From assembly GCA_964016885.1 (NCBI GenBank), contig OZ024743.1:226982001-227046000 (forward strand): a stretch of 64,000 nt of DNA, given 5' to 3'. The position numbers and the translations under genes are program-made. The notes under the pieces are model-generated. The model saw only the letters and a list, made by a program, of their open reading frames with translations. It did no database searches and was not told the origin of the DNA. The stretch is from Eledone cirrhosa (lineage: Eukaryota). Shown here in pieces: positions 31,331-43,300 of this stretch; within the stretch, counting starts at the first letter, position 1; each line of letters begins with the position of its first letter.

Positions 31331-32894
31331 AGACTAGGAACTAGAAGTGTAAGATAACTGACTATAAATACCAAACTAACATCAGTAACCATTGCTGAGA
31401 CATGGGGTGGGAGTAGTATTATTTGTTGTTTAAGTTATATAGTCTTTATGTTAGCATTTATTTAAGAGACCAATGATCAAAGACATATCAAATATGATCT
31501 GCCAACATACCCTATTCAATATGTCCTTTTTATTTTTAAGATGTGGAAAGATGAAGGGATTTGGCTATTACTGCTAGCAGGTTGATTAACCACATGTAAG
31601 CTCCTTCATTGGAATTAAGATTCCGTCAAAGATTAACAATAATTAGACATCTTTTTTTCTAACGAGTAATTCCTTTTCTTTTAGAAGATGGTTGGGATGT
31701 TTCGGTAATTTGGCTGCTATTTCTAGCAGGTTTAATTACTACGTAGTAAAACGCCTCCCCACCATTAGTTAAGTAAGAAGACTTCTATGCACGATAACAT
31801 TAACGTTTACAACAGACTAAATTAATAAATGACCATCAAGTTGAAAGGTCATTATTTATTCATTTACAAATTCAATTCTTTCTTTTGATTCTAAGAATAT
31901 TCAAATTTAATCAAATCGCAGTTGATGCCAAAATGTTCAGCTTTTCCATTGTTGTCTTCAAATTTGATTTAATAACTTCCCTGTTGCAGGAAAATGTCCA
32001 AAGAATTTTGCAATAATTGTTTCCAAATCCACTTCTGTATTCTTCTCAAGAATCTGACATATTCTTGGCATTTGGCCTGGTTTTCAACTCACCCTATCCT
32101 ACCTACAACAGAACCATTAGTAAATTATGTTGATTTAATTTAATGCGGACGTCAATTGACCATCAACTAGAATTTCTTGACAATCAGGCTGAGGACAACA
32201 CATGACCATTTGTATGTCCCGTAATCTATGATTCTCTAGTTTCTGTCTCTTTTCACGCACACGTACACACATGCAGGCGCACACAAATATATACATAAGT
32301 GTGCGTATATATATGCATACAAACATAGAATGCATATATGCATGCATATATACATATATATGCATCGACAGAAACACACATACATACGCACATAAACTAT
32401 ACATACACACATACATACATAGAAACATCCATACATAGATACATGCATATATATACATACATAACTTCATATACATATGTATAGATACAGAAACATAAGC
32501 ATGTGTATACATATAACACAAAACATACAGTGCCACACATTCAATAGCGCCCATACCTGCACACACACACACACACACAAACACAGACCCACCGCCACAC
32601 ACAAACATATACAGACATACATACGTATTTACCTAGTTGATGTTGAAATTCCCATGAAAGTGCCTTGTCTCTATGCTAGAAGCCGACTCTCTCTCTCTCC
32701 CTCTCTCTCTCACTCTCCTCCACTTTCTCTCTCTCTATCTGTCTGTCTCTCTTTATCTCATCTCTCTCTCTCCCTCTCTCTCTCAATTGGTGAACATTTA
32801 TAAAATAACAATTTCTTTATTCGTATATAATAGTAAAACCGGAAAAAAACTTACATACATACATTAGATAAATAAATAGATAGATAGATAGATA

Positions 32895-35800
32895 ACTTTC
32901 TATTTATTTGCCACCAGGGCATCAAAGATTGGGACAAATGCAAGAAGCGGAGTTTACATACATTTCAAGGGACATTGTAAAAATATATAACAAATCAAAT
33001 TCAACAATCGAAGTCCTTAATAGGGAGGGGGCGTTGACGTGGGTCGCACACACACCCGAAAAAAATGTGCAACCCTTCTCCTCGGGAGCACAAAGAGCGG
33101 GTGCTCCCTTCCTCTCCTCCTTCCTCTCCTCTTTCACCTACAGGCTGATAGAGAGAGAAGGCCCATTCACTCGGGCCATTCTCGCTACTTTCATCCACCT
33201 TTCATAAAACTTGCTGGGGTAGAGCACCTCTCTTTCCATTCTGATCCTTCTTCTAAAATGGTACTTGAAAATAGGAAAAGTTGTTGGCCGGAGAGAAAAG
33301 TGTCTGACCTCAGCTCTTTCAACCTCGTCCACCATACAACCTCTTTCGCCATAGTTATCACACAGAGGAAAACGCCTCTCCTTCGTTTTTGAAGGGGGAG
33401 GCGGTTTGATCGTGACAATGTACTCGGTGGTCAACCGGATTGGTCCCACCCGCGACAGTAGTCGTTCCACATAGCCCCACAGGTGAGCAACGCCCGGGCA
33501 GTGTACGAATGCGTGCGCGACGGTTTCCTCGTCACGCACGCATCTCGGACAGATCTTCTTCGAGGGGTCCCTACTCGGGCGCCCGTGTCTGTAGAGCTTG
33601 TCCCGAACGCGTAGAGCTCCTCGGTAGCACTGCCAAGCCAGGGACTTTTGGAAGTTGTCCATCGGTCCCGGGCCAAACGTCCTTCCGAACAGACTGGCTA
33701 GCTCGTCTTCCTCCATGCCCAGAGCCTCTCGGAGAGCGTCGTCGCACTTGCTGCGCACCAACCCTCTATAGAGTGTTGAGGGTGAGTCTCCACTGATTGC
33801 CGGATCCGCTTGCCAGAGGGCCGTGGGCGCCTGGGCACATTCAATATGCCAGTCGCCCACTTTTCTCGGTCTTTGCTTGACCCAGGATTGCAGCTCAGTG
33901 AGTGAGACGAGTCTCGGAAAGGCTCGCCTCACAAAAGAGGCCCACACCGGCTGACCGGTGAGGATTACCTGGAGATGCCGTAGCCTTAATGCGTGTCTAC
34001 GCATCGTTAGCCACGGCATACCCAGCCCCTTCCGTTCGAAGGGTGTTGACAGCAGATGGATCTTCTCACCAAAGGGGCCCGCTTCTTCCAAAGGAATCGG
34101 AAGAGCGTGCGCTCCATTTTGGAGAGCGTTTTCGCGGAGAAACGGCACGACGGTCAAACGGTAGTAGATGACGGACGCTATATAAGTATTCGCCACCTCC
34201 GCTTGACCTTTCAGGGATAGGTTGAACTCGGCCCACTTATGGGCGAGTGCAAACACCCCGCCCGTTACCTCATCCCAGTTTTTCTCCACCTGGTTGTCTG
34301 GTCCGAACCAGACCCCGAGCAGCTTCACCGGTCCCTCCGTCCAGCGTCCGACGACGCCGTCGGAGGGCATCGGATTTCCTCTCCACGTTCCGAGTAGCAA
34401 ACTGACGGACTTGTCCCATGTTCAGCTTGGCTCCTGTAAACCTTTCGTATTCCTCCAGTAAGATGCCGATCTGCCCGATTTCCGACGCGCACGACACCAT
34501 TACTGTCACATCATCGGCGTAGGCCAACACCGCTTTCGGCAATCCCGGTTCCAAGGGGATTCCCTGCAACAGCTCCAACTTCCGCAGTAGTGGCTCGAGA
34601 GCCAGCAGATACAGTAGGGAGGAGAGAGGGCATCCCTGCCGGTGGATCGCGCAATTTGGAATGGCTCCGAGAGGTAGCCGTTCACCTTGACTCTCGAGCA
34701 GGTGTTGCTGCTGTGCATTGCAGCAATCCAGCCCCTGAAAACGGGTCCGAAGCCTGCCGCCGCGAGCACCGCATCCAGGTGCCGATGGTCGACGCTATTG
34801 AACGCCTTAGATTGATCCAAGTTGATCAGGGCCCCACCAAAGCCGGGTTAGTTCCCTACCCTCTCTACAATGTATCATATGAGCTGGAGGTTGTCGTGTA
34901 GGGACCTGGACGTGATTGCGCATATCTGCACTTCTCCCACCATGTTCCCGACGACAAGCGCCAACCTTTTCGCTAACACCTTGGTCAAAATGTTTAATTC
35001 TGTGTTTAGCAGAGTTATGGGCCTGAAGTTATCTATGTCATCTCCCTTGTTCTCGTCCTTCCTCACAAGCGTGACTACGCCCTTGGCTACAGAACTGGGA
35101 ATACTCCTGTTCTGTTGCCAGTTGCAGTAGATTGCCTCGAGGAGATCGTAGAACAAGTCCGACATCGCTACATAAAGTTCGTATGGTAGACCATCGAGAC
35201 CGGGAGATTTACGTTTGCCGCATAGGCTCAGCGCTTCCCCTATTTCAGGCGGCTGAAATCGGCCTTTCGCAGGACATCGCCTCCCCGTCCGAGAGCCACG
35301 GCAGACCGTCGAGGTGAGAACCAAAATCCATGGCCTCACCGGGCCCGCCGCCCCACCCGAACAGTCGTGCAAAGCTCCGTTGAAAGGCCGCGCACATCCG
35401 CTAAGGTTCAAGGATCACGCGTCCACCCTTGTCCTTCAAAGACCGAATCGTGGATATGTTTCCACTTTTTGCCTCTGTAACTCGAGTCCAGCTAACAGCT
35501 TAGGCTCCCTCGTTACCCAGAGCACGTATTTTACTCCTGACAATACAGCTCTCGTGCTTCGCGTCAAATAACTGGTCTAGGGCCCTTCTTGACGCCAGCA
35601 CGCCGGCCACGTTGCCCCTCCTAATCGCCTTTTCTACTCTATCTATCAATTCCCTTTCAGTTCTATTCCTATCTGATGCAAATTCCTGACTAAAACCTAT
35701 CGATTCTATTCTTATTTCTCTCTTAAGAGAGCCCCACCACCTGCTGTTGACAATTTCCCCCGTCAATCGCTGCTTAACTAGAGTGCTAATCCGCTTACTG

Positions 35801-38649
35801 TAAGCTTTGTTTGTCGGTAAGGACAAGTTTAGCTTCCAGTAAACGGGTCCTTGTCTATGGGTTGTATCAAGGTTGACCATTCCGGTCACCAACTTGTGAT
35901 CCGAATAGTCAACCATGAACATTCGTGGAGAACTTAATATGTCCCTATCCTTATTTATAACTAGGTACGCCTAGATGTTCCGCTGCGATTAGTCCACGTC
36001 CACAGTGGCACAGTCGGAAAATCTAGTCGATATCTATCGGCCAGATCAAGTCGGCCGATTAACCGTTTGAGGCTGTTACAACCCCCTCTATCGGAACAGG
36101 CCCCTACATAGTCCCAACGTGCAAACAGGATACCATTCCAGTCCCCCACTAAAAGCAAGGAGCGAGACGTTCCTAGAAAAGTCTCTAGGCGTTGGAAGAA
36201 GTCCGGTCGCGGTGTTCCAGATGGGGCATACGCTGCCACCAGCCTGAGGGCTCCATCTTCACTACTGCCTATGTCTAGAACCACCAGTCGACCCTCCGGG
36301 TCCAGGTGCACCTTCCGTGTTGCGAGGCCCAGGTGTTTTTGCAGCAGAACGACCACCCCGCCCCCACCCCCCGACTGACAGAGAGATGCATAGATCTCAA
36401 AGTCGTCGAAGATGGGCGCCAGTTGGTGCTCGCTGCTGATCCTGGACTCGCACATAGCTATCACATCCATTCTGTTCGACCAGAGGTCATTTAAGAGTTT
36501 GCCCTGCTTCCGGGACATCCCCAGGCCACGCACATTTAAACATCCAACTCTTATAATAGCCATGTTCGTTGTGAAGAGTTTAGAGTGGAGAAAAAGGAAA
36601 AGACACCTACCTGTCCTTCTCCTCGGGACCAGGCTGCACAATTTCCATGGGGGTGTCGGCGGGGTTGTTTGGTGGGGTGCTGGTTTGGGATGTGGTGGGG
36701 ACATCAGTGTGTGGTGGGGTGGGGGTGTTTTGTGTCTGGGGTGGTGGTGGGGAAACATTTCAAGAGGACGCGGTTGCTAGGTCTAGTAGAGTGGTTCCCC
36801 ACATCCTCGAGAAAGTTCTGTTTGAGCATAGCGTAGGTCTCCCTTGGGACCCTAATAATTTTTAAATGCGGTTTAGTGGCCGCATTGGTGAACATTTTTC
36901 CTTCGGTTTCCACCGAAGGGTCTTTGTCTATTGTTTGCACAAGTGTTTTGTTTTTTGTGTTGATGTATGTATACTGTTTTTTTTGTGTTGTGTTTGTTTT
37001 TGTTTGTTGTTCTTGTGTGTGTTTGTGTTTTGTAGTATGTGTTATGTTTTCGGGAGGGGTGTTTTTTTTTGTTTTTGATGTTTGTTCTGTTTGTGCTTGT
37101 GGTTGTGTGTTTCTTGCATTTTTCTTAATGTGGTGCCTTCTTTCTTTCTTTTTACAGGTTGAAAGGTTTCTCCCTCGTCGTCACTGGGTGACGTTGATAA
37201 GGGGTCCTGGTTCGTATTGTTGGGGAGGGGTATATTTTGGGGTTTTTATTGTGGTTGCTTTTGTATTTGTTTTAGGTGGGGAAGGGTTGGTTGGGACAGT
37301 GTCTTGTGTTGTTATTTTTTCGTGTTGTTGTTGTGGTGGTGGTGGGTGGTGGTGATTGTGTTGTTGTGTGTGGGGTGGGCAGAAGCGTCTCCTTTTTTTT
37401 TGGGGGGGGGCATTTAAAAGGGGACAGGAAGCCCTCAGGTGACCACTTCTTGAACAGTGGTAGCATGAAGGCCTCCTGCCTCAACAGAAATATTTATGAA
37501 GGCGACTCGATCCAGGGACACACGCTGAGGTATTCTTGCTATCCGTTCTGGTCTCATTTGGACCAGAACTTCAAGGCTCTTGCCGCCGAATACGCCCCCT
37601 GTGGATTCACCTATCGAAAGGATTGTGTCCTCATCTTCTAAAAATCCCGTTAGCACCCACCAAATGCTCGTATTTGGCCTGATGCCCGAGATTCTTATCT
37701 TTTGAGTTCTTTTCCCCAAATATGTGGTGAAAAGGTGTATGCTTTGGATACAATTGGGACCAGAATATTTCCGTGCCGCCAATTCATCTTGCATTAAAAC
37801 AGATATGCTTCCATACAGTTTCCCTTTCTGTATGAAAGCGATATCTTTCCAGGCACTACTTAGGACCAGCTGAATTTCGCTTTGGGACAATTGAGCCGGT
37901 TTGCTAGTCGTGTTCGAAACTGTCCTAAAGATTACAGTCCTGAGGACTGTGTCTCTTCTAATTTCTTCGGGGGAGGTAATTGTGAATGCCCCACCTTCCC
38001 CGAAATTTACACAATTCCTTGCTTCTCTTTCAGCAATTTCTTGGCATTCGAGATGTCCAGTGCGTTCTATGTCTGCGTTTCTCGGACCGCTTGTGCGAAG
38101 GAGACTGCAGCTGTGGGTCCGTTTTCTTTCGTGTTGTTATCATTGTTGTTGTTGTTATTCGTGTTAGCTTGCTTTTTTCCTTTGTTGGTGTTGTCATTAT
38201 TGCTGTTGTTTGTTGTGTTGTTATTGTCATTGTTTCTGTTGTTGGCTGTGTTGTTATTGTCATTGTTGTTCTTGTTTGTGTAATTGTTACTTTTGGGGTT
38301 TTCACCCATTTCCACATTTTTTTATTTTGATTCCGTGGTGTCTTTTGCTGGAGTGAGGAGGGAAGGCTTACAGCATTGAGCTGCTACCATCTCTCTTTCA
38401 CTTTCCTTGGGGTGGCGTGTCATGCGTCGTATTAATGGCGTCCATTGTCACTAAACGACTTTTTATCGACAACATATAACTATTAAATTTCGCCCCAAAA
38501 AGAGGCGACATTTATTTTACCCAACGTCTGCAGGCCCGGAGTAGGGGTTAAACACAACAAATAACAAATTACTTAAACAGACCTACCGCTTCTCGTAATG
38601 AATTCCGACAAAATGCAGGAGCGAAACAAAAACACGTCTATCTTCTCCG

Positions 38650-38650
<1 letters not shown>
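32895..38650 (-). mobile_element. Full-length decayed Tx1/L1-clade LINE embedded in a (GATA)n tract
   Basis: ORF1 remnants at ~36600-38420, ORF2 at 33138-36563, AATAAA near 32905, and GATA repeats at both termini. Confidence 0.9.
33138..36563 (-). pseudogene. Tx1 ORF2 (APE + RT + C-terminal CCHC), frameshifted
   Basis: MAIIRVGCLNVRGLG, YAPSG, VGDWN, SDH, YWKLN, KSPGLDG, NFRPITLLN, DQSKAF, LAYADDV, CPRCVRDEETVAHAFVHC. Confidence 0.92.
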
Positions 38651-38716
<66 letters not shown>

Positions 38717-38925
38717 CAGATAGATGGATAAATAGATAGCTAGAGAGACAAAGATAGATAGATAGAAAGATAGATTGATAGAAAGACAAATAACAGTTTC
38801 GAACAACAAGCTTATTAAACAATATTCATATATCCACACCTTCGCCAATGTGAAGATCAACAGTATTGTATAATTAGTTAGTAAATGGTGTGATATACGG
38901 CTTCTTCGTGCGAATGTGGAGAAGA

Positions 38926-39028
38926 GAATACAATATAATACAAGATAATACAAGATAATACAAGATAATACAAGATAATACAAGATAATACAAGATAATA
39001 CAAGATAATACAAGATAATACAAGATAA
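38926..39028. repeat. 10-bp tandem repeat (CAAGATAATA)n
   Basis: About nine perfect units visible. Confidence 0.95.
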
Positions 39029-39299
39029 AGAATGTGAGTAGGAGGCCAATCCCAGTAGTTGACTAGCACCTTATTTGTAAACATCAAAACGATGAATGGC
39101 ACATTTACCTCGGTAGGATTTGAACACAAAGCGCAAACATACTTAACGGCTGAAAGTATTCCATCAACTGTTTTAGAGAATCTGCCATTTAATTAAATTA
39201 TACATATATATAAATTATACATATATATAATAAAATACATTATCCTCACTGAGGAAGTAGTGTGTGCTTCTTTTTGTAGCGATGGTGAATATTTCTAAA

Positions 39300-39470
39300 T
39301 AATTGTTTCTACTTTAGGCACAAGGCCAGCAATTCACCAGTGCATTACTGGTACTTTATTTTATCGACCCCGTAAGGATTAAAGGCAACCTCGGCGGCAT
39401 TTGAACTCAGATCTTAAAGGGACGTAACTATGCTGGAAAGCATGGCGTCCGACCCTCTACTGATACTGCC
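39300..39470 (-). mobile_element. tRNA-derived SINE, family 1
   Basis: Same tail, core and B-box as the other copies. Confidence 0.85.
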
Positions 39471-40135
39471 AAAATGTGGGTAGTTTTACCTCCATCGGCT
39501 ATACAAATCAATTGTGCAATATATCCCCCCCACGAACACATGCACATGTGTATGTATGTGTTTGATGGACCTCAAAGGTTTCCGAAGTAGAGTATGCTTG
39601 TTGAAATAAGGGTACAGCCAACTCAATAAATCAACGTGCAAGTGGCTGAGCATTCCATCGATGTGTAACTTCTTTGGGAGAAACAAGGAGAAACATATTT
39701 GAATTAGAGGTACACCTTATTTTTCCCACCTGAGAAGACAACGCTCCTCCGAGAATTGATCAGCTGACCTGTGGTTTAGTAGCGGAACATCATAGACATA
39801 CACACATTCAGGAAAACCCTCATATCCACGCACAAACACTGAAGATACTAAATGCATCTCGATAATATCATTTATCACATAAGTCACATTGAATGTGTTG
39901 TCATGGTGACCGAAATTATTTTCTTGTTTACTGTGATCCATCATTTTTATACGTGATCTTTGCCAAGCGATTGGTTGGCCTTGTCTATCAATCCCGTACG
40001 TTTACCACACTGGAATTGTACATGCTCTGTCAGGCTGACAGCATTGGCACTACACTGATTGGGAAAACCATCCTCGAATTATATACACGTGCACACATAC
40101 ATACATCGTATATATATATATATATATATATATAA

Positions 40136-40180
<45 letters not shown>

Positions 40181-40329
40181 TGAGTGGGGTGGAGAAATGG
40201 GAAAGTTAGATCGATAGGTATTTAGATGGTTAATAGATATGTATGTTATGTATATGTAAGTAGATATTATTAACATTGATATACATATATTCATCTATCT
40301 ATCTATCTATCTATCTATCTATATATCTA

Positions 40330-40365
<36 letters not shown>

Positions 40366-40375
40366 TAATTTATTT

Positions 40376-40540
<165 letters not shown>

Positions 40541-40944
40541 ATGCTAACCAGAGAACACCGAGTCGACATTATAAGATTTGATGGACCTCTCAGGAGTGTA
40601 AGGATGATGTAATCGTCGAATTCCAACGAGCATAAATCGGTGTTCACTGGGAATGTTTATATGGATGGTGATAAAATGGCAGTGAAGATTCATCGAAGAA
40701 GAAACGACCAGGGGAAGAAGGATTCTGGCGTATATTGAGGTTGATGTGGTGGCGTTTGTTGAGCTTAGAAGGAGGTAAAATAACTGAAGTCCGTGCGGTA
40801 AAAAACACTTGTAAATTACTTTGTTTCGGATGTAATGCGGGACAGGATTTGTGTGTAGCAGCGCCGTCTTACGTAATTGAGTTATATGCAAATTCGAACA
40901 AAACTAAAACAAAAAAATGTAAATAGATTTACATGTACAGTTTT

Positions 40945-41549
40945 ACATGGTGGCTGCCAACTCGTTTTCGAGTACCGCCACTACTTTATATCCATTTAGG
41001 AGAACCCCTACCGATGCGCTGAACGAGTGTGACTTTTTAGTCCAGCCAGTCTTGAAAACTCTGGTACAACACTACTCTTGTGACAATTATTGACACATAG
41101 TGCTGGGCCCATGGTACCATGTGACGACAAGAGGAGAGAGATCTCCAGATATAAACAATGCCTGTGCCGTGAAGCTTTTATAGTGAGCAAGCTACTGCAC
41201 AAAGCCAGTCCCACTCCCTTAACCAAGATGATATTTACCAAAAAGAAGAACAAGGCAACATCATTGGATACCATCAGGGTTGCAGGCGTTATATCAGAGT
41301 TTTCCTTCTAGAATTCTGCCTTGACAAAAGCTAAGAGGTCATCTCTCCCGGTGATTTTGGATGGCCATTGACTCTTAAGAGCTCCTTTGCCCTTTGATAG
41401 CTTTTGTTTTTAGTCCTGCTGCATGTCCAAAGTCACCCTCCTCACCAAGAAACCTTGGTGTGGTTGCCAGTTTAGTCGCCAACGACCCGAAGATGAGACA
41501 GGTTGTACTGGGATACATGTTACCAGTAGCACCAACTGGTGACCTGACC
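40945..41549 (-). mobile_element. Bipartite non-autonomous RTE derivative (5' UTR fused to ORF C-terminus and 3' UTR)
   Basis: RTE-type 5' UTR motif AAGGCA..CTAGAAGGAAAACTCTGA; C-terminal peptide LAGLKSHTRSAHR*; 3' hairpin ACTCG-AAAA-CGAGT; ATGT-type repeats at both ends; no RT. Confidence 0.55.
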
Positions 41550-41743
41550 ATACATACATTTGATACAGTTATACATACATACATACATATATAGTCAATA
41601 CTTTCAAAAAGATAGCGTATGGTCTTCGAAATGTTTTTAATTAAACATACGGTATATTGCCAAATATACTATACATACATTCATGTATACATCGCTATTT
41701 CAGAGTACCAATCCTAATACTATGTATATATATATATATATAG

Positions 41744-41810
<67 letters not shown>

Positions 41811-41815
<5 letters not shown>

Positions 41816-42171
41816 GAAAACGAAAAATCAGTGATGCATTGTGTGTTACAATTGTTTCGCAGGCGGACAGCTCGAGACGTCATCATTGTGTGGATCTGTC
41901 TGATTCTGGACCCACAGGTTCGACGGACACGTCTAATGATTTCGGAGCATATTCTCTCACGAAATCATTAGACGTGTCCGTCGAACCTGCGGGTCCAGAA
42001 TCAGACAGATCCACACAATGATGACGTCTCGAGCTGTCCGCCGGCGAAACAATTGTCACACACAATGCATCACTGACTTTTCGTTTTCTATTATATCATC
42101 CTCTGCTCTGTAAGAGCATAGAGTGCTCAACCGACATACCGCCTATGGAAGCATCTTAGCTACCATCAAAC
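41811..42171. mobile_element. Long-hairpin (foldback) element with unpaired tail, inserted in (TA)n
   Basis: Arms at 41811-41944 and 41960-42093 are reverse complements with 4 mismatches by eye. A tail runs to 42171. Confidence 0.8.
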
Positions 42172-42178
42172 ATATATA

Positions 42179-42217
<39 letters not shown>

Positions 42218-42324
42218 ATAATAATAAATTTGAAGACTAAAATCCAAACAGGGCTCGATAAGGATAAATATATATCAGATATATAAGAACCGTAGAGCAA
42301 ATATTTATTAAAATAACAGATTAA

Positions 42325-42375
42325 AGTTTAAGCAAAGAATCGCTGCTTTCACGCTTAACGGGATCTTCTGAAACT
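42325..42375 (-). ncRNA. Minimal type I hammerhead-ribozyme-like motif (variant core)
   Basis: AGTTT-CAGAAGA-TCCCGTTAAGCGT-GAAA-GCA..TGCT-T-AAACT. Stem II is weakened in this copy. Confidence 0.45.
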
Positions 42376-43300
42376 AAAAAAGTCAATCTGTGAACGCAGA
42401 AGTAAATATTTCAAAAAACATTGCAACCGAAGGAAGACAGGAAGTCGATACTTTGGTTCGTGGAAACGTTCCCTGGCAAATAACGGAAAAAAACGAATAT
42501 AATACGTCATTATTTGGTGCAGTGAAAACAATTACACGCGAAGACAAAACCACGTTTATGGTATAAATGAAGTCGTAGACTAATATTCTATTAGGTAGTT
42601 AATGGAGACGTTCTCTGGCAATGAACGGAAAAAACGAAGATAATACGTCATTATGTGTACCAATGAGAACAATTGGACGCAAAGACAAAACCACGTAAAT
42701 GGTATAACTGAAATCGTAGACTAAAATTCTATTTAGGAAACCGAATGATTCTCGGCTTCAGAGTTAAGAATAAAGTAAATAAAATACAGAGGTAATTGAA
42801 ATTAAATATATACATACACACATCCATATACGTACATACACAAGCATACGCGAAACCACTCCCTATGGGTATGCAAATCCAAGCACGTACACAAACATAC
42901 ACACACACACACACACATATAAACACACACACACACACGCGCACATACAGAACCCACGCAACGCCTGTACCGCACAGATACGAACGTATACACCAAATAC
43001 ATATTAAAAAATAAATAATAAATATATATATACACATGTGTGTGTGTGTGTGCGTGTATACATAATTAAATAAACGTATATAATATACACACATAAATAC
43101 GTATACAACGCGCGCACACACACCCACATGTAAAGACACATATGTTCGCGGACCACGTCAACCAACACAGATTACACATATACACACACCCTACATACAT
43201 ACAGGTAATATATACTTACCTATACGAATAAGTAATGGTATTAACATAACATATACTTAGCTACTACATCAGGACGTAAAATATCCGCGTATAGATCGTA

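Noticed and set aside
31900-32130. Possible host exon on the - strand after a TACTAAT..TGTAG acceptor-like site
   Set aside because: All three frames hit stops within a few codons, and no recognisable protein results.
38926-39028. CRISPR-like array (also considered 23839-24042 and 57708-57880)
   Set aside because: Contiguous tandem units without unique spacers, in eukaryotic context with no cas genes.
39560-40080. Possible decayed L1/Tx1 3' fragment
   Set aside because: Only faint Cys-spacing similarity, with no continuous alignable frame.
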